Shown: positions 1 to 9,618 of the stretch, piece after piece | Position numbering within the stretch: position 1 is the first letter of the stretch | How the letters are laid out: each line of letters opens with the position of its first letter | NCBI GenBank assembly: GCA_038887295.1 | Contig: JAWAKW010000001.1 | Span: 11,967-75,966, forward strand | Reading direction: 5' to 3' | Origin: Candidatus Anstonellaceae archaeon | GTDB lineage: Archaea; Micrarchaeota; Micrarchaeia; Anstonellales; Anstonellaceae | Length of the DNA: 64,000 nucleotides | Notes under the pieces: generated by a model | Database searches by the model: none | What the model saw: only the letters and a program-made list of their open reading frames with translations | What the model was told of the DNA's origin: nothing | Made by a program: the position numbers and the translations under genes

Positions 1-317
1 ATGCAATTAGGGGAACGCTTCAGCTGATGGAAGCCCCGCGCGAAAAGCTGACCGTAAAAAACAGCTACAATTTCGCGGCAATAAGTTTTACCGCCAAGCA
101 ACTGGCGCAAGAGGTTGCAAATCTGGTTCCAGGCTTTCAAATAACATATGAGCCTGATTTTAGGCAGAAAATTGCAGACTCTTGGCCAAAGACAATTGAT
201 GACAGCCAAGCAAGGAAGGACTGGGGATGGAAGCATGAGTATGACTTAAAGAAAATGGCTAAGGATATGTTTGAAAATTTAAAGAAAAAATTGGGAAAAA
301 AAGAAGAAGGAGGGTAA
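1..317 (+). CDS. NAD-dependent epimerase/dehydratase (SDR) family protein, C-terminal fragment; the reading frame is open to the window edge
   Basis: The frame is open from position 3. The C-terminal motif ADSWP...DDS.AR.DWGW is typical of SDR-type epimerases and L-threonine dehydrogenase-like enzymes. The gene is partial. Confidence 0.4.
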   Translation, partial: AIRGTLQLMEAPREKLTVKNSYNFAAISFTAKQLAQEVANLVPGFQITYEPDFRQKIADSWPKTIDDSQARKDWGWKHEYDLKKMAKDMFENLKKKLGKKEEGG

Positions 318-318
318 T

Positions 319-852
319 TTAAGCCCATCCAAGTGCGCTTGCAACACTTACAGGGGAAAGGATTGCAGACATTCCAACAACTGCGCCCTTGATGACAAAG
401 GACACGGCAAAAAGCACTGCTGCCATGATTATTGCAACTGCAATGTTGCCGCGCTTGAGCTCCTTGAACTCGTCAATCCCAACAGTTATCTTGTCCAGCA
501 CGTTGATTGCAATGTAAATTGCAAAGATTGCAAGGATTACCCCGATTGCCAAGTTGACGAGGCCGATTATCAGGGCAGCAAGAAGCTGCATGGGGGAAAG
601 CCCAGGCGCAACTGTTTGCGTGAGGTTGGAGACACCTCCTTCAACTACGTTTGCAATTGAAAAGATGATTGCGCCTAGAAGAATTGCAATTGCTACATTT
701 CCTTTTTTCAACTCTGCCATCTCATCTGTGCTTTGCGTGAGCTTGTCAAACATCCTCAAGCCCAGGTAAACTGAACCCATTGCCAGCACTAGACCTACCA
801 CAAGCTGAAGCAGAGAGATTCCAAGCCCTACCATTAAGCTTTCTACTCCCAT
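319..852 (-). CDS. DUF350-like small membrane protein with an internal tandem duplication
   Basis: Two about 85-aa repeats each carry the GN(V/I)AVAI motif and transmembrane helices. Confidence 0.5.
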   Translation of the reverse strand: MGVESLMVGLGISLLQLVVGLVLAMGSVYLGLRMFDKLTQSTDEMAELKKGNVAIAILLGAIIFSIANVVEGGVSNLTQTVAPGLSPMQLLAALIIGLVNLAIGVILAIFAIYIAINVLDKITVGIDEFKELKRGNIAVAIIMAAVLFAVSFVIKGAVVGMSAILSPVSVASALGWA

Positions 853-931
853 CTCATCACCTCGAAAAGAAGACGAAGGATATGCTTAAAAAGATTTTTG
901 AGGGGGCGGCTTTAAATAAGCCAAGCAAAAA

Positions 932-1921
932 ATGTCTTATATGGACTATGCAACTGCAGGGGTGGATATAAAGAAGGTAAAAAGCATCCATCACCTGATT
1001 GAAAATCTGATTTTCCGCAGTACGCCAAAGCACGTGCTTCCAATCAAGGGACATTATGCCGGCCTTTTTAAAGTAGGCAAAATAACGCTGGCAATCCACT
1101 GTGACGGGGTGGGGAGCAAGGTTTTGGTTGCGCAGCAGCAAAACAAGTACGACACTATAGGAATAGACTGCGTTGCCATGAATGTCAACGACATTGTCTG
1201 CATTGGTGCAAAGCCGCTTGTTTTGGTGGATTACCTTGCGCTTGCAAAGGAAGACCCGCAACTGGTGTATGAAATCATGAAGGGGCTGGTCCGCGGAGCA
1301 AAGGAGGCAGGTTGTGCATTGGTTGGAGGGGAAACTGCAATCCTTCCTGAAATAATACGCGGGGCAGGCAGGCCCTTTGACCTTGCCGCAAGCTGTGTAG
1401 GAGTGGTGGAAAAGCTCATAAGCGGACAGGAAATAGCTCCTGGGGATGTTGTGGTGGGGCTGGAAAGCAGCGGGTTGCATTCAAACGGCTATACCTTGGC
1501 GCGAAAATTGCTGGACGAAAGTTGGTATAAAGAGATGCTGGTGCCGACCAGGATATATGTGAAGCCAATAATGAGAATGATAAGAGAGTGCAAAATACAT
1601 GGGCTTGCGCACATTACGGGCGGAGCGTTTTCCAAGCTTTCCAGAATAGGGAAGCGCGCCAAAGTCGGCTTCCTTCTTGACCAGATGCCTCAGCCAAAAG
1701 GCATAATGGCACAATTAAGCCAGCAGGTTGCAAATGACTATGAGTTTTATCGGACTTTCAACGGAGGCATTGGGATGTGCGTGGTCTGCCCAAAGCAAGA
1801 AGAGGAAAGAGTAATTGCAATTGCAAAAAAGCATTCTATTGGTGCGCAAATAATAGGGAAGGTAGTAAAGAAGCAAGATGTCATATTGAAAAAAGGTGGG
1901 AGGGAAATTTCGCTTCTTTAG
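932..1921 (+). CDS. purM: Phosphoribosylformylglycinamidine cyclo-ligase (AIR synthase)
   Basis: PurM N-terminal motifs AGVDI and DGVGSK and the PurM C-terminal domain are present. Confidence 0.9.
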   Translation: MSYMDYATAGVDIKKVKSIHHLIENLIFRSTPKHVLPIKGHYAGLFKVGKITLAIHCDGVGSKVLVAQQQNKYDTIGIDCVAMNVNDIVCIGAKPLVLVDYLALAKEDPQLVYEIMKGLVRGAKEAGCALVGGETAILPEIIRGAGRPFDLAASCVGVVEKLISGQEIAPGDVVVGLESSGLHSNGYTLARKLLDESWYKEMLVPTRIYVKPIMRMIRECKIHGLAHITGGAFSKLSRIGKRAKVGFLLDQMPQPKGIMAQLSQQVANDYEFYRTFNGGIGMCVVCPKQEEERVIAIAKKHSIGAQIIGKVVKKQDVILKKGGREISLL

Positions 1922-2508
1922 GCCAAAAGGCCCTTTACTCCGTTTGCCATCATCTCGATTGCAATCGCAGTAAGGAAAAGCCCCATTATTTTGGAAAGGA
2001 TTTCGATCATTTTTTCATTGACTTTTGGAAGCGCAAGGGCAAAGACGTAGAAGACTGCCCCTACTGCTGCAAATGCAACTGTGACGTCCTGCAAAAGCGC
2101 AACTGGGCCGGATGAAAAAGCCTTAATGGTAAGGAAAGAAATAACTGCAGGCCCGGTCAAAAGCGGGGTGGCAATGATTGCAATTAGGGAATCAGTCTGG
2201 CTGACATCTGATTTTGGCTCCCTGGGGCGGACGGTATCCAAGCCTAAAAGGAAAAGCACCACACCACCCGCTATCCTGAATGCATCTATACTCACTCCAT
2301 AAAGCGAGAAAAATTGCGGGCCGAAAAAAATCACAAATAAGGCTATTGCATATGCCACTGCTGACGCGCGTATTGCAATCTGTCGCACGTCCATTTTCTT
2401 TTTGTAAGCTGCCATGAGAACCGGGAAGGAGGAAAGTGGATTGAGCAGTGCAAAAAGCTGCATAATCAAAGCTATGTCTGCCATCAAAACACCTGATCTA
2501 TCCTCCAA
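1918..2508 (-). CDS. MarC family (UPF0056) integral membrane protein
   Basis: The N-terminal LFALLNPLSSFPVLMA signature and a six-TM profile match the MarC family. A paralog lies at 15730-16305. The true start is uncertain. Confidence 0.7.
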   Translation of the reverse strand: MEDRSGVLMADIALIMQLFALLNPLSSFPVLMAAYKKKMDVRQIAIRASAVAYAIALFVIFFGPQFFSLYGVSIDAFRIAGGVVLFLLGLDTVRPREPKSDVSQTDSLIAIIATPLLTGPAVISFLTIKAFSSGPVALLQDVTVAFAAVGAVFYVFALALPKVNEKMIEILSKIMGLFLTAIAIEMMANGVKGLLA

Positions 2509-3467
2509 TAGCCATCAGGCTTAAGTGCAGAAAGCTTTTCTCTTTTTCCTTTCTGCCACTCTTTTAAAGCGGTGTAGGCAATCATAGCGCCGTTGTCTGC
2601 ATTGTACTGCGGCTCGGCTGCTCCAAAGCGCGCGCGGTGCGGCTTGCACATTTTGGAAAGCATGCTGCAAAGCATGGCATTTTGGGCAACACCGCCGCAC
2701 GCCACCACCTCCTTTTTTGAGTAAAGGTAGAGTGCTCTTTCTGCAGCCTCGCACACTTCAGCAAATGCAGTTTCAAGAAGCGATCGGCAGATGTCCTCCA
2801 TCTTGCGGCTTCCTATCGACTTGACTGCTGCAGTGAACAAGCCTGCAAAAGCAAAATTCATGCCCTTCACTGTGTAAGGTAGAGGGAAATAATCTCCTCT
2901 GCTGGCAAGCCGTGCTACCTCTGAGCCGTGTGGGTGCGCAAGCCTTGCCTCGCGGGCAAAGGAGTCAAGGAGATTTCCCAGCCCCATATCAAGGGTTTCC
3001 CCAAGAACTAATAATCTGGCTTTTGCTGCCTTCGTTTCTATTATAAGCTGGGTGTTTGCCCCACTGACATAAACAAAAAGGGGGTTGCGCATTTTGAGCA
3101 GCCCTTTTGAGATTTCAAGATGCGCATGGCAGTGGTTTATGCCAAGGATCGGCTTTTTGAACTTGGATGCAAGGAACTTTGCAGCTGCGCATGAAATCCG
3201 AAGGCATTGACCTATGCCAGGGCCCCTGGAAAATGAAAACAAATCTATTTCTGAAAGCGTGAGATTGGCAGTACTTAATGCCTCTTGCAGTACTTCTGAA
3301 AAAGCGTCTGTGTGGTGCTGGGCTGCAAGCCGCGGAATTATGCCTTCGCCTGGCGGGCTTTTGTACATCCTTTTTGCATTTGCAAGTATTGAAATTCTGC
3401 TTTTTTGGAGCTTGCATATGCCTATGCCCAGAGTGTGCGCGGTGGATTCAATCCCGAGGCAAAGCAT
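2484..3467 (-). CDS. kae1: tRNA N6-adenosine threonylcarbamoyltransferase Kae1 (TsaD/Kae1 family)
   Basis: The start MLCLGIESTAHTLGIGI and ASKH-fold motifs are present and there is no Bud32 fusion. The start was taken at the internal Met; a cat codon at 3465-3467 was verified. Confidence 0.9.
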   Translation of the reverse strand: MLCLGIESTAHTLGIGICKLQKSRISILANAKRMYKSPPGEGIIPRLAAQHHTDAFSEVLQEALSTANLTLSEIDLFSFSRGPGIGQCLRISCAAAKFLASKFKKPILGINHCHAHLEISKGLLKMRNPLFVYVSGANTQLIIETKAAKARLLVLGETLDMGLGNLLDSFAREARLAHPHGSEVARLASRGDYFPLPYTVKGMNFAFAGLFTAAVKSIGSRKMEDICRSLLETAFAEVCEAAERALYLYSKKEVVACGGVAQNAMLCSMLSKMCKPHRARFGAAEPQYNADNGAMIAYTALKEWQKGKREKLSALKPDGYWRIDQVF

Positions 3468-3489
3468 AGCTTCACCTTTGAAGGAAAAA

Positions 3490-4140
3490 TTAAAATTGGC
3501 AATAGCCTGCTTTGCACAAAACAAAAAGTGCAACTGACGAGAAGTTGAAGATGGCGTGCGCCAGTATTGCAGGCAAAAGCGTGCCTGAAATACGCACAGT
3601 TGCGCAAAGAATCAAGCCAACCAGGAAAGCAACCGCAAACTGGGCGACTGAGCCGTAGGAAAGGTGCACCACTGAAAAAATCATAGAGGAAAGCAGTGAG
3701 GCTGAAACAAAGCTGAATTTCCCTTTCAAAAGCAAGGACAGTTTGTGCAAAAGAAATCCCCTAAAAAACACTTCTTCAGCAATTGGGGCAATTGTAAATG
3801 AAAACACGAGTACAGAAGCAGGGAGCTGTTCTATTTTTTGAATTACCTTGCCGCTGTCAAGAATCCCAAGAAAAGAAAATATGGTAGATATGGCAAATGC
3901 TGAAGTAAAGCAGAAAATAGAGGCTGCTGCCCCAAGCATCAATACTTTGGCAAAATCGAAAGGCGGAAGCATTCCGAAATCCTTTGCGGCTTTTTTCAAG
4001 TTCCTGTTTGAAAGAAAAAGCCCAACAAAAAGCAGCAAAAGCGAAAGGTAAACTGAAAGGGAGGAAGGTGCCCAGGGGGGATAAATAAGGAAAAAAGCAA
4101 ATGCCAAAATGAGTGCAAAAACCCTGTGCACAGCATTCAC
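3490..4140 (-). CDS. CPBP (CAAX/Abi) family intramembrane metalloprotease
   Basis: The EEVFFRG (EExxxR) and FxxxH motifs are present in a multi-TM protein. Confidence 0.65.
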   Translation of the reverse strand: MNAVHRVFALILAFAFFLIYPPWAPSSLSVYLSLLLLFVGLFLSNRNLKKAAKDFGMLPPFDFAKVLMLGAAASIFCFTSAFAISTIFSFLGILDSGKVIQKIEQLPASVLVFSFTIAPIAEEVFFRGFLLHKLSLLLKGKFSFVSASLLSSMIFSVVHLSYGSVAQFAVAFLVGLILCATVRISGTLLPAILAHAIFNFSSVALFVLCKAGYCQF

Positions 4141-4283
4141 TTTTTCTCAAAGTAGCCGCATTTTCCGCAGGAGCGCCGATCCTTATGCTCTGCAAGCCTC
4201 ACACCAGAGCCGCATTTTGGGCATGGCTTTTTTGGCGCATAGGGCTTGATGACTTTCTTTTTTTGAGCCTGCTTTTCTGCCAT
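4137..4283 (-). CDS. rps27ae: 30S ribosomal protein S27ae (eS31), zinc ribbon
   Basis: Hand translation gives [48 protein letters not shown], 48 aa. It is missed by the ORF track because it is shorter than 60 aa. It lies immediately downstream of rps24e, as in the conserved archaeal S24e-S27ae pair. Confidence 0.75.
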   Translation of the reverse strand: MAEKQAQKKKVIKPYAPKKPCPKCGSGVRLAEHKDRRSCGKCGYFEKK

Positions 4284-4291
4284 ACTACCAC

Positions 4292-4597
4292 CTATTTCTT
4301 AGCCTCTTTCTTTTTCTTTTCTGCAAGCCCATCGCGCACAAGCAGATGGTGCCGCTCTACCGCAAGCAAGGCTTCCTTGGTCTTGTAGATGTGTGCCCTC
4401 ACTTTTGCTGTGCGGCAGCCAAACCTGCCTTTGACAGAAACTATAATCAAACAAGAAGGGTCACACCCGACCGAGGCAACAATTGCTTCCCTCAGCTCTT
4501 TTCTAGACGGGACTGCCTTGTCAAATGAGACATCGCAAAGCAGCTCTGTCCGGTCAAGGGAGCGGTTTTCTCTTCTGTGAGAAATTATTACTTCCAT
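4292..4597 (-). CDS. rps24e: 30S ribosomal protein S24e
   Basis: The sequence [44 protein letters not shown] matches the S24e family. The start was set at the internal Met. Confidence 0.85.
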   Translation of the reverse strand: MEVIISHRRENRSLDRTELLCDVSFDKAVPSRKELREAIVASVGCDPSCLIIVSVKGRFGCRTAKVRAHIYKTKEALLAVERHHLLVRDGLAEKKKKEAKK

Positions 4598-4608
4598 TCC
4601 ATCAACCC

Positions 4609-5007
4609 TTAATGTATCCTTGTGATTGCTTTTTTGCCCATTGCGCACATAAGCTCAGCTTCTTTTCCTGCAGCTGCATCCTTGAGTAGATCCTCGGGTA
4701 TTGTAAGCTCAAAAACCTCGTAGGTAGAGGTGTCCATCAGCTGTGCGGTGTTGCCATTCACTGCAACAATCTGGGCGGTTTGGCGCTCAATTATTGGCAC
4801 TTCCACATCTGCATCAGAAGGAACCAGAAGCTGCTTTTTTTGCCCGTCAAAAATCCCAATACCAGTGATGCGCATTTTTGCTGCGCCGTGCTTGCCAGGC
4901 TTAGAAGAATCAATACTTACTATTCTGCAAGGAATTCCTTCGATTATGACGTATTTTCCTTCCTTAAGATCTTTTGCTGAGGAAAAGATTTTGCTCACCA
5001 AAATCAC
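4609..5007 (-). CDS. eif5a: Translation initiation factor 5A (aIF5A)
   Basis: The hypusine-loop motif SKPGKHGAAK and an OB-fold C-terminal region are present. Confidence 0.85.
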   Translation of the reverse strand: MILVSKIFSSAKDLKEGKYVIIEGIPCRIVSIDSSKPGKHGAAKMRITGIGIFDGQKKQLLVPSDADVEVPIIERQTAQIVAVNGNTAQLMDTSTYEVFELTIPEDLLKDAAAGKEAELMCAMGKKAITRIH

Positions 5008-5026
5008 CTTTTAGAAGCGCTGACGC

Positions 5027-5038
5027 GGTTAAATTGCC
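5027..5038 (-). promoter_or_regulatory. Putative archaeal TATA box for eif5a
   Basis: The minus-strand sequence GCTTTATAAATA lies about 25 nt upstream of the eif5a start in an AT-rich divergent intergenic region shared with pheT. Confidence 0.25.
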
Positions 5039-5343
5039 ACAAATTATTTATAAAGCATCAGGAGGGCTCAAGCGATAAAACCTTGTTTTTCCTTTTTTAA
5101 CCACTATATTTAAAATATATTTGGTTAATAATGTATAAACATGGAAACAGGGGGGGATGAAGAAAGAAGCCTTGCATTTGAAGTAAAAGGCAGGCTGCGC
5201 GTAATTGTAGAAGAAGGAACCCCATATGTCAAAATAGGCAACCAAACTTATTTTGTAAATGAGCCGCCTTCTGTCATAGTTGGAGGCAAAAAACATTTTG
5301 TAAGTGGGATCTTCTGAAAAAGAGCATCCATTTAAATCAACTA

Positions 5344-6921
5344 ATGCAAATTTTTCATATGGCACAAGTGCAGTTTCCTTTCCAAGATTTGCAAGAACTT
5401 GTCAGCATAGGGCAACAAGAGGCATTGGAGACTCTTTGGATGCTTGGCTTTCCAGCAGAAGTTCTTCCAGACGGAACCATAGGCGTAGAGGTGACACCTA
5501 ATAGGCCAGATTGCCTTTGCATAGAAGGCCTTGCGCGCACTTTGCAATGCTTCAAACAAGGCAATCCAGTGGAGTTTAAGGTATCTAAAGCAACCATATC
5601 TGCAATCTGTGACTCTTCAGTTTCAGCAGTACGGCCCGCTTTTGGTTGTGCGGTAGTGCGGAATATAAAAATGACTGATTCGCTTTTGCGCTCTATAATG
5701 CAGCTTCAGGAGAAGTTGCACGAAACAATCGGACGCAAGCGCAGGAAAGTTGCAATTGGGCTGCATGACCTTGCACCCATAAAACCGCCTTTCAAATACT
5801 TTGCATGTGGGAGAGAAGAAATTTCGTTTGTGCCGCTCAATTCCACAGAAGAGGTGACTCCAGCTGAGATTCTGAAAAAACATGAAAAGGGCATAATGTA
5901 TGCTCACTTGGTTGGGGAAAAATGCCCAATGATAGTGGATGCAGAAGGAAAGGTGCTTTCATTTCCTCCAATCATAAATGGCGAGCTTACACGCGTCTGC
6001 GAAAGGACTAGGGAAATCTTTGTAGATTGCACGGGGACCAGTGCAGAAGCCGTAAAGGTGGCAGTAAACATCGTTTGCGCAGCCTTTGCACAGCGCGGTG
6101 CGCAAATAGAAGAAGTGATATTGGATGGTCAGCCCTACCGGCTACTGGAGGAAAAAGAATGGAAATTGCCTACCAAAGAAGCTCAAAGACTTCTTGGAAT
6201 TAGTCTTTCTGATGCTCAGGCTGCTCAGCTTCTTTCCAAGATGGGTCATAAAGTCAAAGGCGACAGAGTGCTGGTGCCTGGCTATCGGGCAGATATAATG
6301 AGTGAAGTGGATTTGATAGAGGATATCGCGATAGCTTATGGGTTCAATAATTTTGAGCCTGTTTTGCCGGAAGTTTCAACTGTAGGCAAAATCCAGAATG
6401 AATCCTCTTATCATGATGTGATGGTGGGGCTTGGTTATACTGAAGCTCTCACCTGGATGCTTTCTAATCCGGCTCTTGTGAAGAAAGCAAAAATAGATGA
6501 AAAGCTTCTTGAAATAGAAAACCCACTTACCGAAGAATACAGCGTCTTTAGACCTGCCATACTTCCAAATCTTTTGTCTGTGCTTTCTGAAGGCAAAAAC
6601 GAAAGACTTCCAATAAGGCTTTATGAAATTGGGCCTGTTGCAAAACCAAACCTAAAGCAGCACCTCTGCATTGTTTCCATGCACGCAAAAGCCTCGTTTT
6701 CAGAGATAAAAGGAGTGGTTTTGGCAGCTATGCAAAAGCTTGGAAAGAATGTCCAAATCCAACAAGATTCTTCTCCGACATACATAAGTGGACGGTGTGC
6801 TGCGGTCTATGTTGGTGAAAAGAAGATAGGCTTGTTTGGTGAAATTGCTCCTCAGGTACTTGTAGATTTTGGACTTGAGCAGCCTGTTTGCGCTGCTGAG
6901 ATAGAGGTAGAAGATGTATAG
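5344..6921 (+). CDS. pheT: Phenylalanine--tRNA ligase beta subunit (archaeal type)
   Basis: A B3/4 domain and the B5 and catalytic-like C-terminal domains are present, with conserved PheT blocks along the 525-aa length. Confidence 0.9.
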   Translation: MQIFHMAQVQFPFQDLQELVSIGQQEALETLWMLGFPAEVLPDGTIGVEVTPNRPDCLCIEGLARTLQCFKQGNPVEFKVSKATISAICDSSVSAVRPAFGCAVVRNIKMTDSLLRSIMQLQEKLHETIGRKRRKVAIGLHDLAPIKPPFKYFACGREEISFVPLNSTEEVTPAEILKKHEKGIMYAHLVGEKCPMIVDAEGKVLSFPPIINGELTRVCERTREIFVDCTGTSAEAVKVAVNIVCAAFAQRGAQIEEVILDGQPYRLLEEKEWKLPTKEAQRLLGISLSDAQAAQLLSKMGHKVKGDRVLVPGYRADIMSEVDLIEDIAIAYGFNNFEPVLPEVSTVGKIQNESSYHDVMVGLGYTEALTWMLSNPALVKKAKIDEKLLEIENPLTEEYSVFRPAILPNLLSVLSEGKNERLPIRLYEIGPVAKPNLKQHLCIVSMHAKASFSEIKGVVLAAMQKLGKNVQIQQDSSPTYISGRCAAVYVGEKKIGLFGEIAPQVLVDFGLEQPVCAAEIEVEDV

Positions 6922-8443
6922 CCTAGGGCCCATTGACAGGGCTTTCCGAGAAACTTGCAAGATACTTTTCAAAGCTGAAATCGGGGGGCTTCTTGAATTT
7001 GAGCCTTACTTGAAAGAGTGCATTTTCCCTTATAGCGTAGTAGAGCTTGAAAATAATCAAAAAGTAATGCTTGGCAGTCCCTATTATCGAGGAAAGGTAG
7101 CATCTGCTGATGGTATGTCATGGAAGGCACCAAGGTTTTCTGTGAATCAGATAAAGGACATAGATTCTCTTTTTGAGGCGGCAAAGGAAATCTCAATTTA
7201 TTGCGGCAATAAAGCATTCGGGAAAAACCACAACATACATCTGCTTGACAATGCCAAAGATTGCATAGATGTATATTTTGCCCACAATGCAACCAATGTC
7301 AAAAAAGGAGCATATCTTTCTTGTATTAGGAATTCTGAATATGTCTTTGGCATACCTGCTTTTGCGAAAATAAAACATTCTATAAGATGTGTAGAGGGTA
7401 TGAATGCAAACCGTATGTTTGAGTCGCATTATATCAGCAACTGTTCAGATATGTACTACTGCATAAATTGCCATGGCTGCAGCGAGATAATTTTTGGGTT
7501 TAACTTGCGCAATAAGCACTACTGTATAGGCAATCTTGGGCTTGGAAAAGAGAAATATTTTGAGCTGAAGGCCAAACTCCTCTCTGAAATTGCGGAGATT
7601 TTAGCAAAAAGGAAGCGGATATTTTCGCTTGGGGAAATCCTGAAGCAAAACACCTCAGAGGAAAACCCAGATTTCATACCGACTCAGCCGCCTCCTCCTT
7701 CTGTGCAGAAAGCATTTGCAAAGGCAACAGAGATTGTGCTCAAAGTTAAAAGGGAGGATATTGTCCCGTTTGTATCTTATTTGCAATCTAAAACTTTGCC
7801 AGTCCAAAAGGCCAATGGCAGGTTTAAAAGCCAAACCTATCGCCCGTTTTTGCCTGTTGTGAAAGACATACCATTTGCTTGCCTTTGCACCAATCAGGAG
7901 GCACAAACACAAGATAAGCCGCTTATCGAAGGCAAGTCTGATTTTAGACTGCAAAGCTTGGTTGTCCAGATTGCAAAAAATGCATCTACCACCCTCGAAA
8001 TGAGGGAAGGAGACTGTAAAGAAGTTTATGAGACAAGCCAGGTAATAAGTTCAAATGAATGCTGGTCGGCATGGGATTTCACCTTTTCTTCCAGATGCGC
8101 ATGTTCTACGGGTGTAGGCAACTGTGAATATGTTTTTGGGGGAGGGAATATCAGGATCCTTGAGTCAAAATTTTGCATCAATTGCTACAATTCAATCAAC
8201 CTTCAGCGCTGCTTTGAAGCAGACAGTTGTGTAGATTGCAGTGATTGCTATTTCTGCCACAACCTTGAAGGATGCCAAGAATGCATACTTTGCTTCAACT
8301 TGAAAGGAAAAAGATATGCTGTTCTTAATCAAGAACTGAAAAAGGAGCAGTATTACAAAATAAAGAAAATGCTGCTGGACTATATAAATTCAGAGCTTGA
8401 CAAAAAGAAGTCTATCTCACGCTCAATCTTTGAGATTGGCTAA
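6914..8443 (+). CDS. Cys-rich repeat protein of unknown function with an internal duplication of a roughly 20-aa C-x2-C repeat array
   Basis: The 509-aa ORF overlaps the pheT stop by 8 nt. Two blocks carry CINCHGC.EIIFGFNL / C.DCYFCHNLEGC.ECILCFNLK-type repeats separated by a non-repetitive linker. No TM segment or signal peptide was seen. Confidence 0.55.
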   Translation: MYSLGPIDRAFRETCKILFKAEIGGLLEFEPYLKECIFPYSVVELENNQKVMLGSPYYRGKVASADGMSWKAPRFSVNQIKDIDSLFEAAKEISIYCGNKAFGKNHNIHLLDNAKDCIDVYFAHNATNVKKGAYLSCIRNSEYVFGIPAFAKIKHSIRCVEGMNANRMFESHYISNCSDMYYCINCHGCSEIIFGFNLRNKHYCIGNLGLGKEKYFELKAKLLSEIAEILAKRKRIFSLGEILKQNTSEENPDFIPTQPPPPSVQKAFAKATEIVLKVKREDIVPFVSYLQSKTLPVQKANGRFKSQTYRPFLPVVKDIPFACLCTNQEAQTQDKPLIEGKSDFRLQSLVVQIAKNASTTLEMREGDCKEVYETSQVISSNECWSAWDFTFSSRCACSTGVGNCEYVFGGGNIRILESKFCINCYNSINLQRCFEADSCVDCSDCYFCHNLEGCQECILCFNLKGKRYAVLNQELKKEQYYKIKKMLLDYINSELDKKKSISRSIFEIG

Positions 8444-9618
8444 TTCATTATTTCTTTGGCTATTTTGCTTGGATCGAAATCTATCAAATCAGAATAGCTT
8501 TGCCCAACTCCTACAAATAAAATAGGTATTCCTGTCGCCTTCACAACTGAAATTGCGGTTCCTCCTTTTGCATCGCAGTCCAATTTGGTAAGAATTGCCC
8601 CATCTATTCCTATCGCTTGGTCAAATGCTCGGATTTGCTCTATCATGGCATTGCCGCCAATGCTTTCGCCCACATAAATTTTGATGTCAGGCTTTGCAAT
8701 CCTGACAATCTTTTTAAGCTCTGAAAGAAGGTTAACGTTTGTGTCCTGCCTGCCAGCAGAATCTATTAGCACTACATCTATGTTATGCGCCTTTGCAAAA
8801 TTTATTGCATCGAACGCCACTGCTGCAGGATCTGAGCCGTATTTGTTTTTGATCGCCTTAATCCCAAGTTTGCTTGCATGTGCCTCGGTCTGCTCTATTG
8901 CTGCTGCACGGAATGTGTCTGAAGCGGAAAATACAACACTTAATCCTGCGTCCATGAGCTTCTTTGCTATTTTTGCCATGGTAGTTGTCTTTCCTGCACC
9001 ATTTGGTCCGACAAAAAGGATTTTTGCAGGCTTTGGCAAAGCCTTAACTCTTTGCACCAAATCAAACTTCCTATCAGAAGTCATCACTGCTTGAAGCACT
9101 TCTGCAATTGTTTGCTTTGTCTTTGCACCAATTTGGCCTTTTGGTATTCTCAAATTGGCAAGCTTTGCTTTCAGCTGGGCAGAGATTTCTGATGAAACGC
9201 CATATTCCACATCGGCTTCAAGTAAAGAAAGCTCAAGCTCATCTGCCAAGTCTGAAATTTCCTGCTGGCTTAAGGTTATTTCATCTGAAAAGATAGATTT
9301 GATTGTGGTACTTATAGACAATTTTGGCTCAAGCTGGCGCTTTGAGCTGGCTTTGCTTTCCAGTCTATCTAAATTGAAAGAGGGATGTTGCGGTTTTTGC
9401 TCTTCTGATTTGACAGACTGAGTGATTTTTTGCTCTTCTGCCTGTTTGGGAGAGGCTTTGGCTTCCTGCCTTTCGTCTTGCTTTAGATGAGTAGAAATGG
9501 TTTCTTTTGCTTTTTGCTCTTCTGCTTGCCTTGCAGAAGGAGCCTCTTGCTCCTCTTTTTTCTTGCCAGCCAAATTGTTTATGAAGCCTGCTATTTTACT
9601 TTTCAGAAGATCGAACAT
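8440..9618 (-). CDS. ftsY: Signal recognition particle receptor FtsY
   Basis: The C-terminal NG domain has GPNGAGKTTT, DSAGR and TKLD motifs. The N-terminus is acidic and low-complexity (KQAEEQK repeats). Confidence 0.9.
   Translation of the reverse strand: MFDLLKSKIAGFINNLAGKKKEEQEAPSARQAEEQKAKETISTHLKQDERQEAKASPKQAEEQKITQSVKSEEQKPQHPSFNLDRLESKASSKRQLEPKLSISTTIKSIFSDEITLSQQEISDLADELELSLLEADVEYGVSSEISAQLKAKLANLRIPKGQIGAKTKQTIAEVLQAVMTSDRKFDLVQRVKALPKPAKILFVGPNGAGKTTTMAKIAKKLMDAGLSVVFSASDTFRAAAIEQTEAHASKLGIKAIKNKYGSDPAAVAFDAINFAKAHNIDVVLIDSAGRQDTNVNLLSELKKIVRIAKPDIKIYVGESIGGNAMIEQIRAFDQAIGIDGAILTKLDCDAKGGTAISVVKATGIPILFVGVGQSYSDLIDFDPSKIAKEIMN

Noticed and set aside
5141-5318. Apparent small ORF in the eif5a/pheT divergent intergenic region
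   Set aside because: Careful codon-by-codon reading shows the frame stops after 13 codons (METGGDERKKPCI*). My first pass mis-transcribed one codon, so there is no ORF here.
8681-9094. Numerous 60-190-aa ORFs on the strand opposite to well-supported genes (e.g. 8681-9094, 17551-18126, 44454-45404, 35082-35684, 62288-62869)
   Set aside because: They lie entirely inside conserved genes on the other strand, and their low-complexity composition mirrors the codon usage of the real gene. They are treated as spurious shadow ORFs.
8440-9618. KQAEEQK-type tandem repeats at the FtsY N-terminus, and PQ repeats at 34594-35829, considered as possible CRISPR or tandem-repeat loci
   Set aside because: The repeats are in-frame protein low-complexity segments inside intact ORFs. 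No direct repeats with unique spacers, and thus no CRISPR array, were seen anywhere in the window.
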